Shown here in pieces: positions 52,192 through 64,000 of a stretch of DNA of 64,000 bases (position 1 is its first letter; the number at the start of each line of letters is the position of its first letter). The position numbers and the translations under genes are program-made. The notes under the pieces are model-generated. The model did no database searches and was not told the DNA's origin. It saw only the letters and a program-made list of their open reading frames with translations. The DNA comes from Chiloscyllium plagiosum (taxonomy: Eukaryota), in contig NC_057743.1 in the NCBI RefSeq assembly GCF_004010195.1, forward strand, positions 21,228,141-21,292,140. Direction: 5' to 3'.

Positions 52192-53178
52192 GCTTGCCAG
52201 AGTTCTGATCTGTAATACACTGCCTGAAAGGGTGATGGCAGCAAATTCAATAACAATATTCAAAAAGGAATTGGATAAATACTTGGAGATCAGAAAATCA
52301 CAAGACTACAGGGAAAGAGCAGGGGAATTGGATTAATGGTTCAGGCAGTGTCAAAGGCACAGGGAGTTAAGATTTATCTAATGAAATCACTTAACATACA
52401 GGAGTCAAAAATTCAAATGAAAAAGCGTATAAAACACCCAAAAGGACAACATGGAATTGTATGACCCAAGGTGATGCTAAGTTAACCAAGCAACACTACC
52501 CTATAGCAACACTTACTGTAAAAAGAACATGTTTGACTGCTGGCACTAATCTTCCTGAGGAGTTCTGGTAAGCCAGAAGGACATGGCATGATTCATTTGC
52601 TGCTATCGCCACAAGCGAGGATGTGTGAACATAGAATATGCATATTATTTATAGACTGCGCCATTAATCACAAGTACCTGTGACTGGCTAGAGTCTGTTA
52701 TAAATCATCAGTGTCTGGTCTGATTGTGGTCTGTTATAAATCATAGATTTCTAAAATTGATTACGGTATAAAAAGGACATTAGCAGGGTCTTGTTGCAGT
52801 TAGATGATTTCTGTCATGCCTGGCAACAAAATGATGTAGTGTTAAGTTGAATGCAACAAAACCTGATTCAGCCACCATTTTCTTTAAAGGTCATCAAATT
52901 CTACAAACAAATTATTCAGTAAAATGGAGACAATTTAACATGAATGTTTTTATCTGATGGTCAGATAGTTGTAAAAAATTACTGCACCCTTGCTGTCATG
53001 ATTTATGACATTTGAAGCTCATATTTAGATTCCTGAACTGCATTTTCTTGAGTTCATTTTATATTTATGGTAGGTTAAGGTGATTCGTTGTATCCAAAAT
53101 CTCTGGTATTTTGGGATCATTATTCTGAGACCAATTTGTTTTTGATGAGTTGAGAAGATTGATTTTTCATCTTTCTAG

Positions 53179-53254
53179 GTATGAAATGAAAGGATCTCGC
53201 TTCCATTATGAAGCTCACAAGAACAATGAATTGATACGAAGCAGCAAGGACTAG
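53179..53254 (+). CDS. Uncharacterised gene, terminal exon 5 (to first stop TAG; frame stays open to TGA at 53344)
   Basis: tttttcatctttctag|G completes TGG; YEMKGSRFHYEAHKNNELIRSSKD*. Confidence 0.8.
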
Positions 53255-56200
53255 CGGTCTATTTTTAAATATCGGGAGGATCTGCTCTCTGCATCCAAGG
53301 ACTTTGTTCCAACCAACTGTCACAGAAACCCAGATTCTATGTGATATTCAACAGTAACTATTCTGGTTTGCTAACATTCAATCATCCAGGCATTCAGAAA
53401 AATTACTCTCACATGTGTCTATTTGAAAGTAGGACTATTATCCTCTGTAGTCAGGTCTCATTGACACACTATAGTATGATCAAACGTCAATGTGAGACCT
53501 CCACCAGGAGTAAGCGTTTCATTCTGACTGGAATGAAGCAGAATGAAGTTGAATTTAAGAATTACTAAGGTGGTTTGAATACTGGGCATGTTTATGAATT
53601 CCCTGCTTTCCAATAATATTAAGTGATAATGAAATGGAACTATGTGCATAGATGTTAGCAATCAGCAGGCAGGCAGAATGTGAATTATAACTGTATGTGA
53701 CTCTGTGTTGCTTATATTGTCAGATTGGTGGTATAGTAACTGCATCATGAAATGATATAAATTTGATGTAAAGAGTATGAATGATTTTCTTGAAACTTTT
53801 CTCCTGGAAAGCAAAAGTTTGCTGTCTAATCCTGATTCATTTTGATGAAGCTGTTTGTTTCAAAAATGCAAGAAAGAAAAGTGCTTGTATCCTGCAAGCA
53901 TGGTGACCTTCTGTAAAGATGCAACATTATAAAAATAGATTTGCAGCAAACATTCCAATTCTTTGCCAAGAAATGAATGAGTTTTTAAAACTTGTGCTTC
54001 ATAGTTCCTTAGATGCTGCATTTGCAGTTGTAGCATATGCAATATCATAGGATATATGCAGATCATGAAGGTCATTTGGCCCATCTTAACATCTGTAGAT
54101 ATAAGTTCTACACCCTCACCCTTCAACCTCCGTCACAGTATCTAATTGTATCATTCCATGGTATTGGTTTCCAATTGTCTACCCAACTGACGTCAGTTCT
54201 AATGTGCCTTCCATTAATTTAAACCAGCAGTTCATACGTTGCTGATTTAACTTTTTCTTTAATGCTTATTCATTATATAATGCTTTAAGGTTCTCACTCA
54301 GTCACTTCCTTTCAAGGCTGAAAGACTCAAGTTTCTCCAGTTTTGCCTCATAATTTAGTTTGTTTGATGCACAAAATCAGCCTCGTGCCTTCACATCACA
54401 TCCTCAATGCTTGAATATTTTCCAAAAGCCTTGTTGGCCAGATGTGGTCTGCTTGCACTGCTGGCTCATTATAATTTCCTGAAATTTGTATTTTCTTGTA
54501 CACAATCCATTCAGCATTTCTTTTGCTTTATTGATTCCAGTAACGTCGTGATTACATACGTCAAGCAGCAAATCTGCTTATTCAGTTTTGTCTTCTTTAA
54601 CTTCACCCTTCAACAATTCTGGCAGGATACATCTGCTGCTCTTTGTAGAGCTTTCTATAATCCACTTGGTATGTCATGTCTTAAAGGAAGTAAAATAGCT
54701 TAGTTAGGCAAAATCATCCCTTTTAGTATCTACTGGCTGAAGTAATTGAACGATTTAATTCAATTCAAGATAGGTTCACTGAAAATAACTGATCAAACAA
54801 TGGCAACACAAACGTTTCTTGTTTTAAAATTAGTTCTGATCTGTAACTGTAATATTAATTTTGCATGTCACCATTTAGGTGAGTAGTAAATATAAGTGAT
54901 AGACATAAAAGTGTCAAAATTATGAAGAGGTTGGTGCATTTACTGTTGTCAGTAGGGATCAATGCATTTATTGATACATTTGTCATCAGTGGGGATTGGT
55001 GCATTTGTTGTCTGTGTGCTTGTTTTTGATGGGGTCATTGTGTTTATCGTCAATTGGGGGAATGGGGAGCCCTTCTGATGATGAGGGACAGAGGGTATTT
55101 TTGTTGGAAGGAGAAGGAAGACCTATCATTAATGGGAGGGAAGAAAGGCTTATTGTCGGTTGGAGCGAGGATAAAGAGTCTATTGTTGACTGGAATCAGA
55201 CCGTTTATAATTTATGGAAGGTGCTTTTGGTTGCTTATTTTATTAAGAGGACAATGCATTTATCATTGATAGTGTGATGTTAGTATTAATTGGGTTGTTT
55301 GTTTTAATTATGTTTTGCACTGTTTCCAAGGTTTAAGCATCACCCTAATGTCTCTGTGAGTAAATATGATATGGCCAGAGCAGTGTATCAGCATTACTTC
55401 CTCCAACTTGCTCTCTCTTGCTTTTTCAACAATTCAGCATTCTATTACCTTTGCTTATTTACTGTTCCATAATGATGCAATATGTTGAATCACAGGCTAA
55501 GTCGTACTATTAGGAAGGTCTGTGTCAGTATCATAGGTGTGAAAGCATTATATGGTCATCATTTATTGGGGATTAGACAGTGACCAGACAGTGTTGATCA
55601 CTGATGATGCAGATAGTTGGTATCAAGTGTGTGCATAATGTGTTGTTGAGGGCAGAATGTTGCTATAAAATGGTGTGGGGTGGGGCATAATTCTGAAAGC
55701 ATTGTTATATTTGGCTGTGTGGATTTCATCGAAGAGAAATGTATGTTGATATCATTAATGGTGCTGTATTTACATCATTAAATGGTTTGTGATTTAATTG
55801 ATATGGGGCAGTATGTGGACACAATGTGTAATATATTTTGAAGGTTGAGTATGATTTAATTAATAGATAAATGAGAAACTGAGTGATTTTTCTGAGGAAA
55901 AGAAATGAGCCATTATATGATTAATACATGGTGTTACTGAGGGCATTTGCCTTGCTATAGATTTTGTGTCATATTTACTGAAATAACAGGAAAGGAAACA
56001 TGTGAATGCTGATGCGTGCAAAGTTTGGCCACTCACCCAGCAGTGCCCTGTCATTCCCCAAGAAAAGACAAAATCAATCTTGCCTTCAGGTTAGTTATGC
56101 AAAAACGAGAAAAACACCTCCTGCCCATTCTTTATCAACAAAGATTAATTACACTTTGATTCATGTTCAAACTTCATTACAAATAGAAGTTTTAATGCTA

Positions 56201-56449
56201 CAGTAATTAAATCTTCAATGATATTAATTTTTAAAGCAACTGAGCTACTGCTTTGATGTTACAGTATGGGGTTGTCATGATGTACTGTCATGAGAACGCT
56301 AAGTTGCTCAGATTGTATTTGAGTCAGAGTTCTGATTTTCAATAATAGCACTGAAACCTTTGAGCTGTTAACACTCCACTCTTAACATTTTTACCAGAAG
56401 TCAAATTTTACAGCAGCAGTTCAGAGGGAAGTTTGTGTGTATATATAAA

Positions 56450-56698
56450 GGTAAAAATCACCTGATGAAGGAGCAGTGCTCTGAAAACTAGTGCTTCCAA
56501 ATAAACCTGTTGGACTATAACCTGGTGTTGTGTGATTTTTAACATATATACACACACAAACTTCCCTCTGAACTGCTGCTGTAAAATCTGACTTCTGGTA
56601 AAAATGTTAAGAGTGGAGTGTTAACAGCTCAACAACCTGGTGTTGTGTGATGTTTAACTTTGTACACCCCAGTCCAACAGCAGCTCCTCCAAATCATG
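56450..56698 (+). mobile_element. Short copy of the same Penelope-type repeat with an inverted duplication of flanking DNA
   Basis: cacctgatgaaggagcagtgctctgaaaactagtgcttccaaataaacctgttggactataacctgg matches 52103-52190. Confidence 0.8.
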
Positions 56699-59600
56699 TG
56701 TATATAGAGAGCAGATGCTCCATGGTGCTGCTGATTGAGGGGATAGGATCCATGTGTTTACCTTTCTGAGATGGCAGGGGGAGGGGGAGAGAAAGAGGGG
56801 TCAGAAACTAGGGAGCAAAAAATTTCAAGATAAAAAAATGCCACTGCGAAAAGAAAAAATGGTGATAATTTCCAAATGGCCATTAAGACCAGAAGATAAA
56901 AGGGGTGACACTGAATAGAAGGAGAAAATGTAAAAGGATATCAGAGGCTGGAGGATCTGTACAGGACACGAGGCAGGGGTAGGAAGGCAAGCAGTTGGTT
57001 AATTTGATTTGGCTGGTGATAGCACATTATCAAATTTAAAGGTTGTATGTTTTGAGGTAAAATACCTCTATGATGTTAGAATGCAGGGATTGCAATTAAA
57101 ATCAACCTTGAAAGAAAGAAAATGGTGTATTGAAAGTAATTGCAGTGTATTTTACTGTGACAGAATTAGATTCAGTAGATTGGAGGAATGCCAACACTGC
57201 TAATTTGAGATTTTAGTGTAAAAAATTATATACCAGAACTTCATCTGTCAATGTGTGTCTACATTAGTGATTGGGTATGCAGTGAACTTCACAATGGAAC
57301 ATTGATAAATTACAGTATGTGGTGTTTCAGTAAACATCATGGCTTGAATTAATGTTCAAGACCTTTCACTGTGACATTGCTGAATTTTTAATACGTAATT
57401 TTGTAGATTTGCAGCACCATTTGGTGGCATTATGCTGCAGGGGGGTCAGCTTTGTCTCAGTAATGTATTATTCAGTGAGTAATTCAGCCAGTGTCCAAAA
57501 AGTCCAAGGTTTAGTTCTGTACTGACTTAACTGATCTCAATCAACATCAAGTAGAAATCCTCCAATTGACCTCGTGTCTTTAGACAGGTTATGGTCTTAG
57601 TGTGATTCTCTTCCATTTTTAGCAGCCTGAAATAAATTGCTTAGGAGATAGCATCCAAATCAAAATTTTAGTTTCTAAATGGAGTCAGCACCAAAAATGA
57701 CTTCAACCTTCACTCAACTGTCAGAGGCTACTAAAAATTATCACAAGGGTTGGATTTACTAAAATGGGCAAAGAGTTATGTTTCAGAGATTATTTTTCCC
57801 TGCAAAGTATATATTGAATGAGGGAACTTGCACAGTATACATCCCTTGAACCTATGCTTACAAACAGCATTAGCTGTTACCTTCCAAAGTAATGAGAAGA
57901 AAATCACTAAGGGACATAGGTTCTTTTAACTGAGCCATAGGTCTACACTTTGTTTAGATTGCATTCCCAATATCCAAGAGTATTGTGTCTGATTGCTGTC
58001 AGCATTTTCAATGCAATTACTGGCTTGTATGCCTTAGATTATTATAAATGTTGATATGTCTACAGTTTCAAATTATTTTAAATTGAATCCTTTAATCAAA
58101 TATGGGCTATTTATTAATATGACATTTTTTATCAGTGCCTAAAATTTTCTATTGTATCCTAATGATGGGAAATAAAATCTTTTTACCAGTGGTTCAAAGC
58201 AGATTATTCTTAAGAAAAAGGCATTCACAGGATGCTAAACTGTATTCAATCACATTCTACATGGTTTTGCATTAATGTGCAATTGTGTTGTTCATTCTTA
58301 GATTGATTTTGTAATGATTCACTTTTCTGGTATTCTGGTTAATGTGTACTGATCTATTAAAAGGTGGATTTAAAGGAATGCAAATTTACTGCAAGTGATA
58401 CATAACCACCAATAACAAGATAACAAGCCTGGAGTAGAAATGGTCTAAAAATCCATAAACTCCATATAACTATTCACTGATATTAGGACTGTTGAATAAC
58501 AGACAGTACGGACTGATAGCAGTGTAATTGAAAGGATCAGTTCATCCTACACACAATAATATTTTCAATGTGATTCTTTGGTTTTACAGTTGATTTTAAA
58601 AACACACTCTCAATAAAAGTATTTATTTAAAAAACCCTACAATAACAGCATTATTGTAATAGATGTCATTTGCTAAAAATATATTTTGCAAATAATGAAT
58701 CAGTACTCCTTCTGAAAGAACAATCATTTTGTAAATTAGTCACTGTTAATAGTCAGGAATGATAAAATGATGAAATTTTAACCATAAATAGAAGGAAGAA
58801 AATAACTTACTGGGACACGATAGTCATGTTGTCATATTGCATACAAAGAGTCTTAAGACTAAACATTCAACTCGGGGTCTCCATCTGACAATTTTCACTA
58901 TGTGTAGAACATACATTTATAGTTTGTCCATGTTCTCTCTTTAACATGACAACTACAATGAATCACATTGTTGAGTGCGGTCATCACTAACTTGACTAAT
59001 GTACTTTCTATTTTAGCAGAGACACAGAATCACCAGGGCACAGAAGGAGGCCAACCATCCCATTTCGGGAAAGCTTCAAGTTATTAGAAGAGAATACGTC
59101 ACTTTCAAAGCATGAGTTATAGTGTAACTGCTTGTGGAATCATTTTATCTGCACTACAAATGAATTCACATTTTACTTGATACAGGAATGGCTACTACAC
59201 ATTTAATGACTGTGTATAGAAACCAAACATATAGACTGCTAAATTTACAGAGTTGTACAGAGATTAGGTAGTTACTGAACTATCATGTTAGCATTTCAGA
59301 TCTGATAAACAAAATCATGTAATTTGGACTTGCTTAAAAAAGTGTCAAAGTAAAATCCAGCCCCATTTCTGGCACAATCTAAGATCTTACATTTTGTCTG
59401 TTTCTCAGATTTAGTTATTGATTCTTAACCATACATTCACATAAGCACTGAGATAGTAATCAGAAGGAGGAATCCTGGTTAACATTTTAGTTGCTCTGCA
59501 GTTTGCTTGAGAAGACCTAACTCACTGCAAAATAGGATTCAAACCTGTGACATTCTGGAAGGATCAGAATCTACCCTGGATACCTTATTTTGCCCATTGA

Positions 59601-61869
59601 CCTAGCAAACAAAGTCATTCATTTTCAAACAGCAAATATTTTTTGTGGTTGAGGAGGCCAACTTCTTTTCAAACATGTTTATTAAAAATAAGAAAGTGCT
59701 TTGAACTGGTATGGCTGTGACACTGCCTCTTGAGATGTTTCTCAGAATAAATCCTGCAATAACAGAACTATATTACACCTTTGGCATTAGTACTGAAAAC
59801 ATCATAGAAAAAGCTCAACCACACTTGTGCCAAAGGTGCGTTACAGGATTGCTTGCGAACCAGATTTTTGCAATTTGATGTATCAAAGAGTAATAGCATC
59901 TTAGGAGTGTCACATCTGCATGGATCTCAGCTGTATCCAAAAAGAATGGGAAGCAGAAAATGATCCAACACTGTTATTATCAACCAAATTCTCATCAAAC
60001 TCCAACACCAAGAATGTGAAGGATCGTCAGACTTAAAATGGGGAGGGTTGAGTATTTTGAGAAGTTGGATTCTCAGCACAATGAATTACTGGGAGTCTAC
60101 ACAGTTCAGTTGCTTGTGCAATACTGATGCAGAGTGACCATCCCCTGATTGAGTGTTATTCAACACTACAAGTAAATTGCAGAAAGTTTATTATTAATCC
60201 CAGCTAATTTCTGGTTGTGGTGAGTCCTGTTGTTTTATGGCTTTTATTGTCTTGAAGATTTATTCATCATTTTACCAGCAAGGATCCTCTTGAGTGCAGA
60301 ATGATTTGGCAGATTCTGTCCCGAGAGATAAGGAATCTGAAAGAGGAAAGCAGACAAGAGTTAGAATAGATGGTTAAAATCTTACATTTTGCAAGAAAAT
60401 CTAACTTAAGGATCAACAAAAGCTATTCAAATTCAAATACCACCCTCTTACATTAAACTTAACCATTGCTGTTTTTCCCTGTACTACTCTAACTTATCCA
60501 TTTGTATTCATTCCTCTAGTATCTATCACAGAATGTCCCAGTGGTGTCCTCTCACCTATCAATACTTGTGTTTAGTTTTTATAATTTACTGATCACAGTG
60601 TAGCTCCCGGTACACCAAGTCGCTTATCTGTTTCCAGTACCCAACTCATTGTCACTTGTTCCTCATTTATGCAAGCTTATCAATCATAGTCTGTCCCTCT
60701 GGAACCCGATAGCCCATCGATGCATGTCTCCTCCAAGTACTATAACACACCCAAAGTTGGTTACTATATTACGCTAATTCTTCCATTAAAACCCATCCGT
60801 CTAATATGCTTCAAGTATCCCAAGTTTAATTTTGATGGCAGCTCCTCTAGAACCCAAACTAACCTAATAATGTCAGTCCTTGAAATCAACCCATCAATAC
60901 TCTTGATTTCAATACCCAATATCTCATAGGAAGATAAATCCCTGTGTAATCCTAACTTGTCCATTAGTAATCCTGAGTCTCTATAATACTGCCCCATCAA
61001 TAACCATCCCCCAGTGCTCTGACTGACAATACGATATTCAGCTACAGTTCAAATGCCCCTGGAATGTATGCTCATGCTCTTCTTAGAGTTCCAATACAGT
61101 CTTACTATAAGTATTCAAACAGTAAATTGAAACAATGGACAAGCTGTGAACTTAACTATCAGGCAAATCTTGAATCCGTCTGGTTATCTGATATGGAATA
61201 TACTCTTAAAAATGTTCAGGCATTCCTGTGGGAAATCTGTGCTGATATGATCCTTTTACCTGAGTGCTATTATTAGGCTGCAATTAAACTGACATCCAAA
61301 TCATGACAAAGCATTGAGGGCAACGGTACTGTTTGGCAGGGGTTCATTCATAATTTGGAGCTATTTTAATTATTTTATGGTTTACTTTCACAGCCAGTAC
61401 TCTTGTCCATTCTTACTCACCTTTGAACTGAGTGGCTTGCTTGGCCATATCAGAGTGCAATTATTGGTCAACCATATTTCTGTGGGTTCAGGTAAGAACG
61501 GAAGATTTCCTTTCCAAAAACTGCATTAATGACCATATGGGTCATTTATTGTAATCAGTGATATTTCTCTTGGTAACCATCACTGAGACTAGCTTTATGT
61601 TGCTGTAGTGGGATGTGAATAATGTTTGCACTAAAAGCAGGGTATCAGATTTTATGGTTAGACTTTGTTGCATTTAGGAGATGTTTAATTAGAGAAGGAC
61701 AAGTTGCTGTTCATTCCCTACACTTTTTCTTTCCTTTATCCTCCACCACTAAATTGCCTATGTTTCTGAATCAATTACCATTTACAAGCAAAGTCTGTCG
61801 GGGCAATACAATTACACTAAAAGTGAGGAAAAGGTAAAGGAAATAGGGAACAAAATCAAAATGGAATTA

Positions 61870-62068
61870 TAAAGTCATACAGACTTTTCGGTCCCATCAG
61901 TGCATGCTGACCATAATCCCAAACTAAACTAGTCCCATCTGCCAGCACTTGGTCCATACTCCTCCAAACGTTCTCATTCATGTACTTACCTAAATGTCTT
62001 TTTCACATTGTAACTGTAACTGCATCCACCAATTCATGTGGAAGTTCATTCCACACACGAACCACTCT
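61870..62068 (-). mobile_element. CR1 3' end fragment
   Basis: Homologous to 4270-4480 and 63715-63950. Confidence 0.75.
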
Positions 62069-62104
62069 ATAAAAATTGCCATTGCTGGAGAGTGAAATAA
62101 GGCA

Positions 62105-62260
62105 ATCCACCCTGTATTGCCCACCTCTCTTTAAAGGCATTGAGAGTGTTGGTGGACACCACGTGTTTTGTCTCAAGGATGCCTGGACACAAATGTAGCC
62201 ATAGAAGAGGAGCAGTCAGCTTGGAATTATGGCCTCCTCCAGAGCTTGCTGCCTGAATGT
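62105..62260 (-). mobile_element. Possible Tx1/L1-type LINE ORF2 C-terminal remnant
   Basis: LETKHVVSTNTLNAFKERWAIQG resembles the F..RW end of Tx1-like ORF2 (from memory). Confidence 0.4.
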
Positions 62261-62495
62261 TGAAATTCATTCTCTATATGCAGCAATCTACAATTAGTCT
62301 AAAGTTATGATGAGATGTGCAAATTATCTAAAGACTGGCAACTCTAAGTGAGACAAAGGACAATCTTAATGCACTAAATATAATTATTATTGGATGCTAT
62401 TGCAACATAATTTATTTGCATGTATGCATTCATAAATACAATTCACCTGACTAAATGACCAGGCGTGGTAGCCCTTGCTTGATTCAGTTACCTAC

Positions 62496-62771
62496 CTTGT
62501 TGCTGAGGTGTGTGTACCGTCCTGCACAAGCCTTGCCCTGTACCATTTTTGTACACTGCTTTCACACAAATCCGGTTGTCAGCGCCAGGAATAAGATCTG
62601 TTAAGAGCACACTTTGGACCTGTGCCGGGATGTTTCTCACAGAGGGGCTTCTTCGATGACGAGTGCAGCGCACTCTGTAGTTGAGCACTCTTCCTTTGGC
62701 AGGGTCCCATGAGGCTATGACACTGGTGGGGCTAATGTCAGTTAGCTTCAGGTGGTTGACTTGGAAACTCA
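62496..62771 (-). CDS. Fibronectin type III domain exon of a third gene whose 5' part is presumably beyond the right edge
   Basis: ctgaacag|...G|gtaggt; 276 nt, phase 1-1; LKLTDISPTSVIASWDP..RVLNYRV...VLLTDLIPG...ICVKAVY shows the FN3 W/Y/L-x-PG pattern. Confidence 0.85.
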
Positions 62772-63714
62772 CTGTTCAGATCAAAAACAGAGGACAAAAA
62801 TGATCTTCAATTAGGGAAAAGACCTCAGATTGGTGATTCACACCCAGTGGTAAATAATTGTTCTGTACTTATGTTTGTTATGTTGGTGTGCGGACAAGAG
62901 AGTGGCCAGATTATGGTACAGATTGTTCCACTAGAAGTATTTTGCTTTCAGCAAGGTATTTCACTTGATGTGGCAATTCTTATAATCCCTTGTAACATAG
63001 ATTATACTCGATGAATCCAACAGATATTTATTACTGCTAGTTATTGTAGATAAACATTACGTTTTTAAAGGCATTGAAGTGTCTGAACTAATATTAAGTT
63101 AATAGGTTACATGGAGTAGCATGTGAGAAAAAACTATCATTTTATTTTCTGTATTTTTGGTTGGGAATTGAAATGGAAAAATAACTTTTAAAATGAAGAA
63201 TTATGGAAGGAATTACTGCACAATTAAAAACAAAAACTACTGAAACTCGTTATGTGTGGTGTTTATACTGCTGCTTTGTTCAAACAGTTGGGCAATCTAT
63301 TTATAAATGGCTTTGCACCAGGGCATGTAAGCAAGTGAGATTTGACCAGCAAAAAAATAGCTGATTGGTTTGTGCAACTGTGACAAGTCGTGGGTGTCAA
63401 AGGTCATCAGTCCGATGATAACTGCAATTGGTTCCTGAGTAGCTGAGCAGCTTGCAGGTGTGAAACAGTGAGAAGCCTTCAGACTTCTGGAAGAACAAGC
63501 TGTGTATCTCCCATTCTGCAGCACCAGTTGCTGTAAAGTGAGTCTCCTTCAAAGACATTAAAAGAACTGGAAAAAAGAGAATGAAGGACAGAAATTCCCT
63601 GCAACCACAAAGATAAACTCAGCAAATCTTGTGGACTCGTGCTATTGATCTAGTTCAAGATGCTTCCACTCATAAAATTAGGTTTTTTTTTGTTTCTCCA
63701 TGTCAGTCTGCATG

Positions 63715-64000
63715 TCATAGAGTCATAAAGTCATAGAGATGTACAGCATGGAAACAGACCCTTCGGTCCAACCCGTCCATGCTGACCAGATATCCCAACC
63801 CAATCGAGTCCCACCTGCCAGCACCTGGCCCATATCCCTCCAAACCCTTCCTATTCATATACCCATCCAAATGCCTTTTAAATGTTACAATTGTACCAGC
63901 CTCCACCACTTTGTCTAACAGCTCATTCCACACATGTACCACCCTCTGTGTGAAAAGGTTGCCACTGAGGTCTCTTTTATATCTTTCCTCTCTCACCATA
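63715..64000 (-). mobile_element. CR1/HER1 LINE 3' end
   Basis: catagagtcat tail; FTQRVVHVWNEL..VVEAGT..FKRHLD. Confidence 0.92.

Noticed and set aside
62496-62771. Assigning the symbol VWA1
   Set aside because: Synteny is suggestive, but the sequence and exon structure do not match well enough from memory
63297-63534. Possible further exon of the FN3 gene (tttacag acceptor on minus)
   Set aside because: The phase-1 frame hits a stop and no frame shows FN3 or VWA motifs

Overview
Cartilaginous-fish (shark-type) nuclear genomic DNA, judged from HE1-like SINEs, CR1/HER1 LINEs and Penelope-like elements; two N gaps. The minus strand carries coding exons 1-13 of ATAD3A (43548 down to 3542; the 3' exons lie beyond the left edge), with GT-AG sites and phases that join into one open frame. 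Head-to-head with it, 279 bp away across a CpG-rich promoter with five CCAAT boxes, I reconstruct a 5-exon plus-strand gene (43828-53254, 444 aa) that I cannot assign to a named family. It has RFX X-box motifs just after exon 1 and an in-frame TAG followed by 29 more coding-like codons. A phase 1-1 fibronectin type III exon of a third gene lies on the minus strand at 62496-62771. Introns are full of CR1, Rex1/Babar, Penelope, SINE, MITE and solo-LTR insertions. Other notable items: minimal hammerhead-ribozyme motifs in the Penelope terminal repeats, several Penelope-linked inverted repeats (one with ~410-bp arms), and a duplicated ATAD3A exon-4 acceptor carrying a stop codon. Repeat boundaries were read by eye and are approximate.
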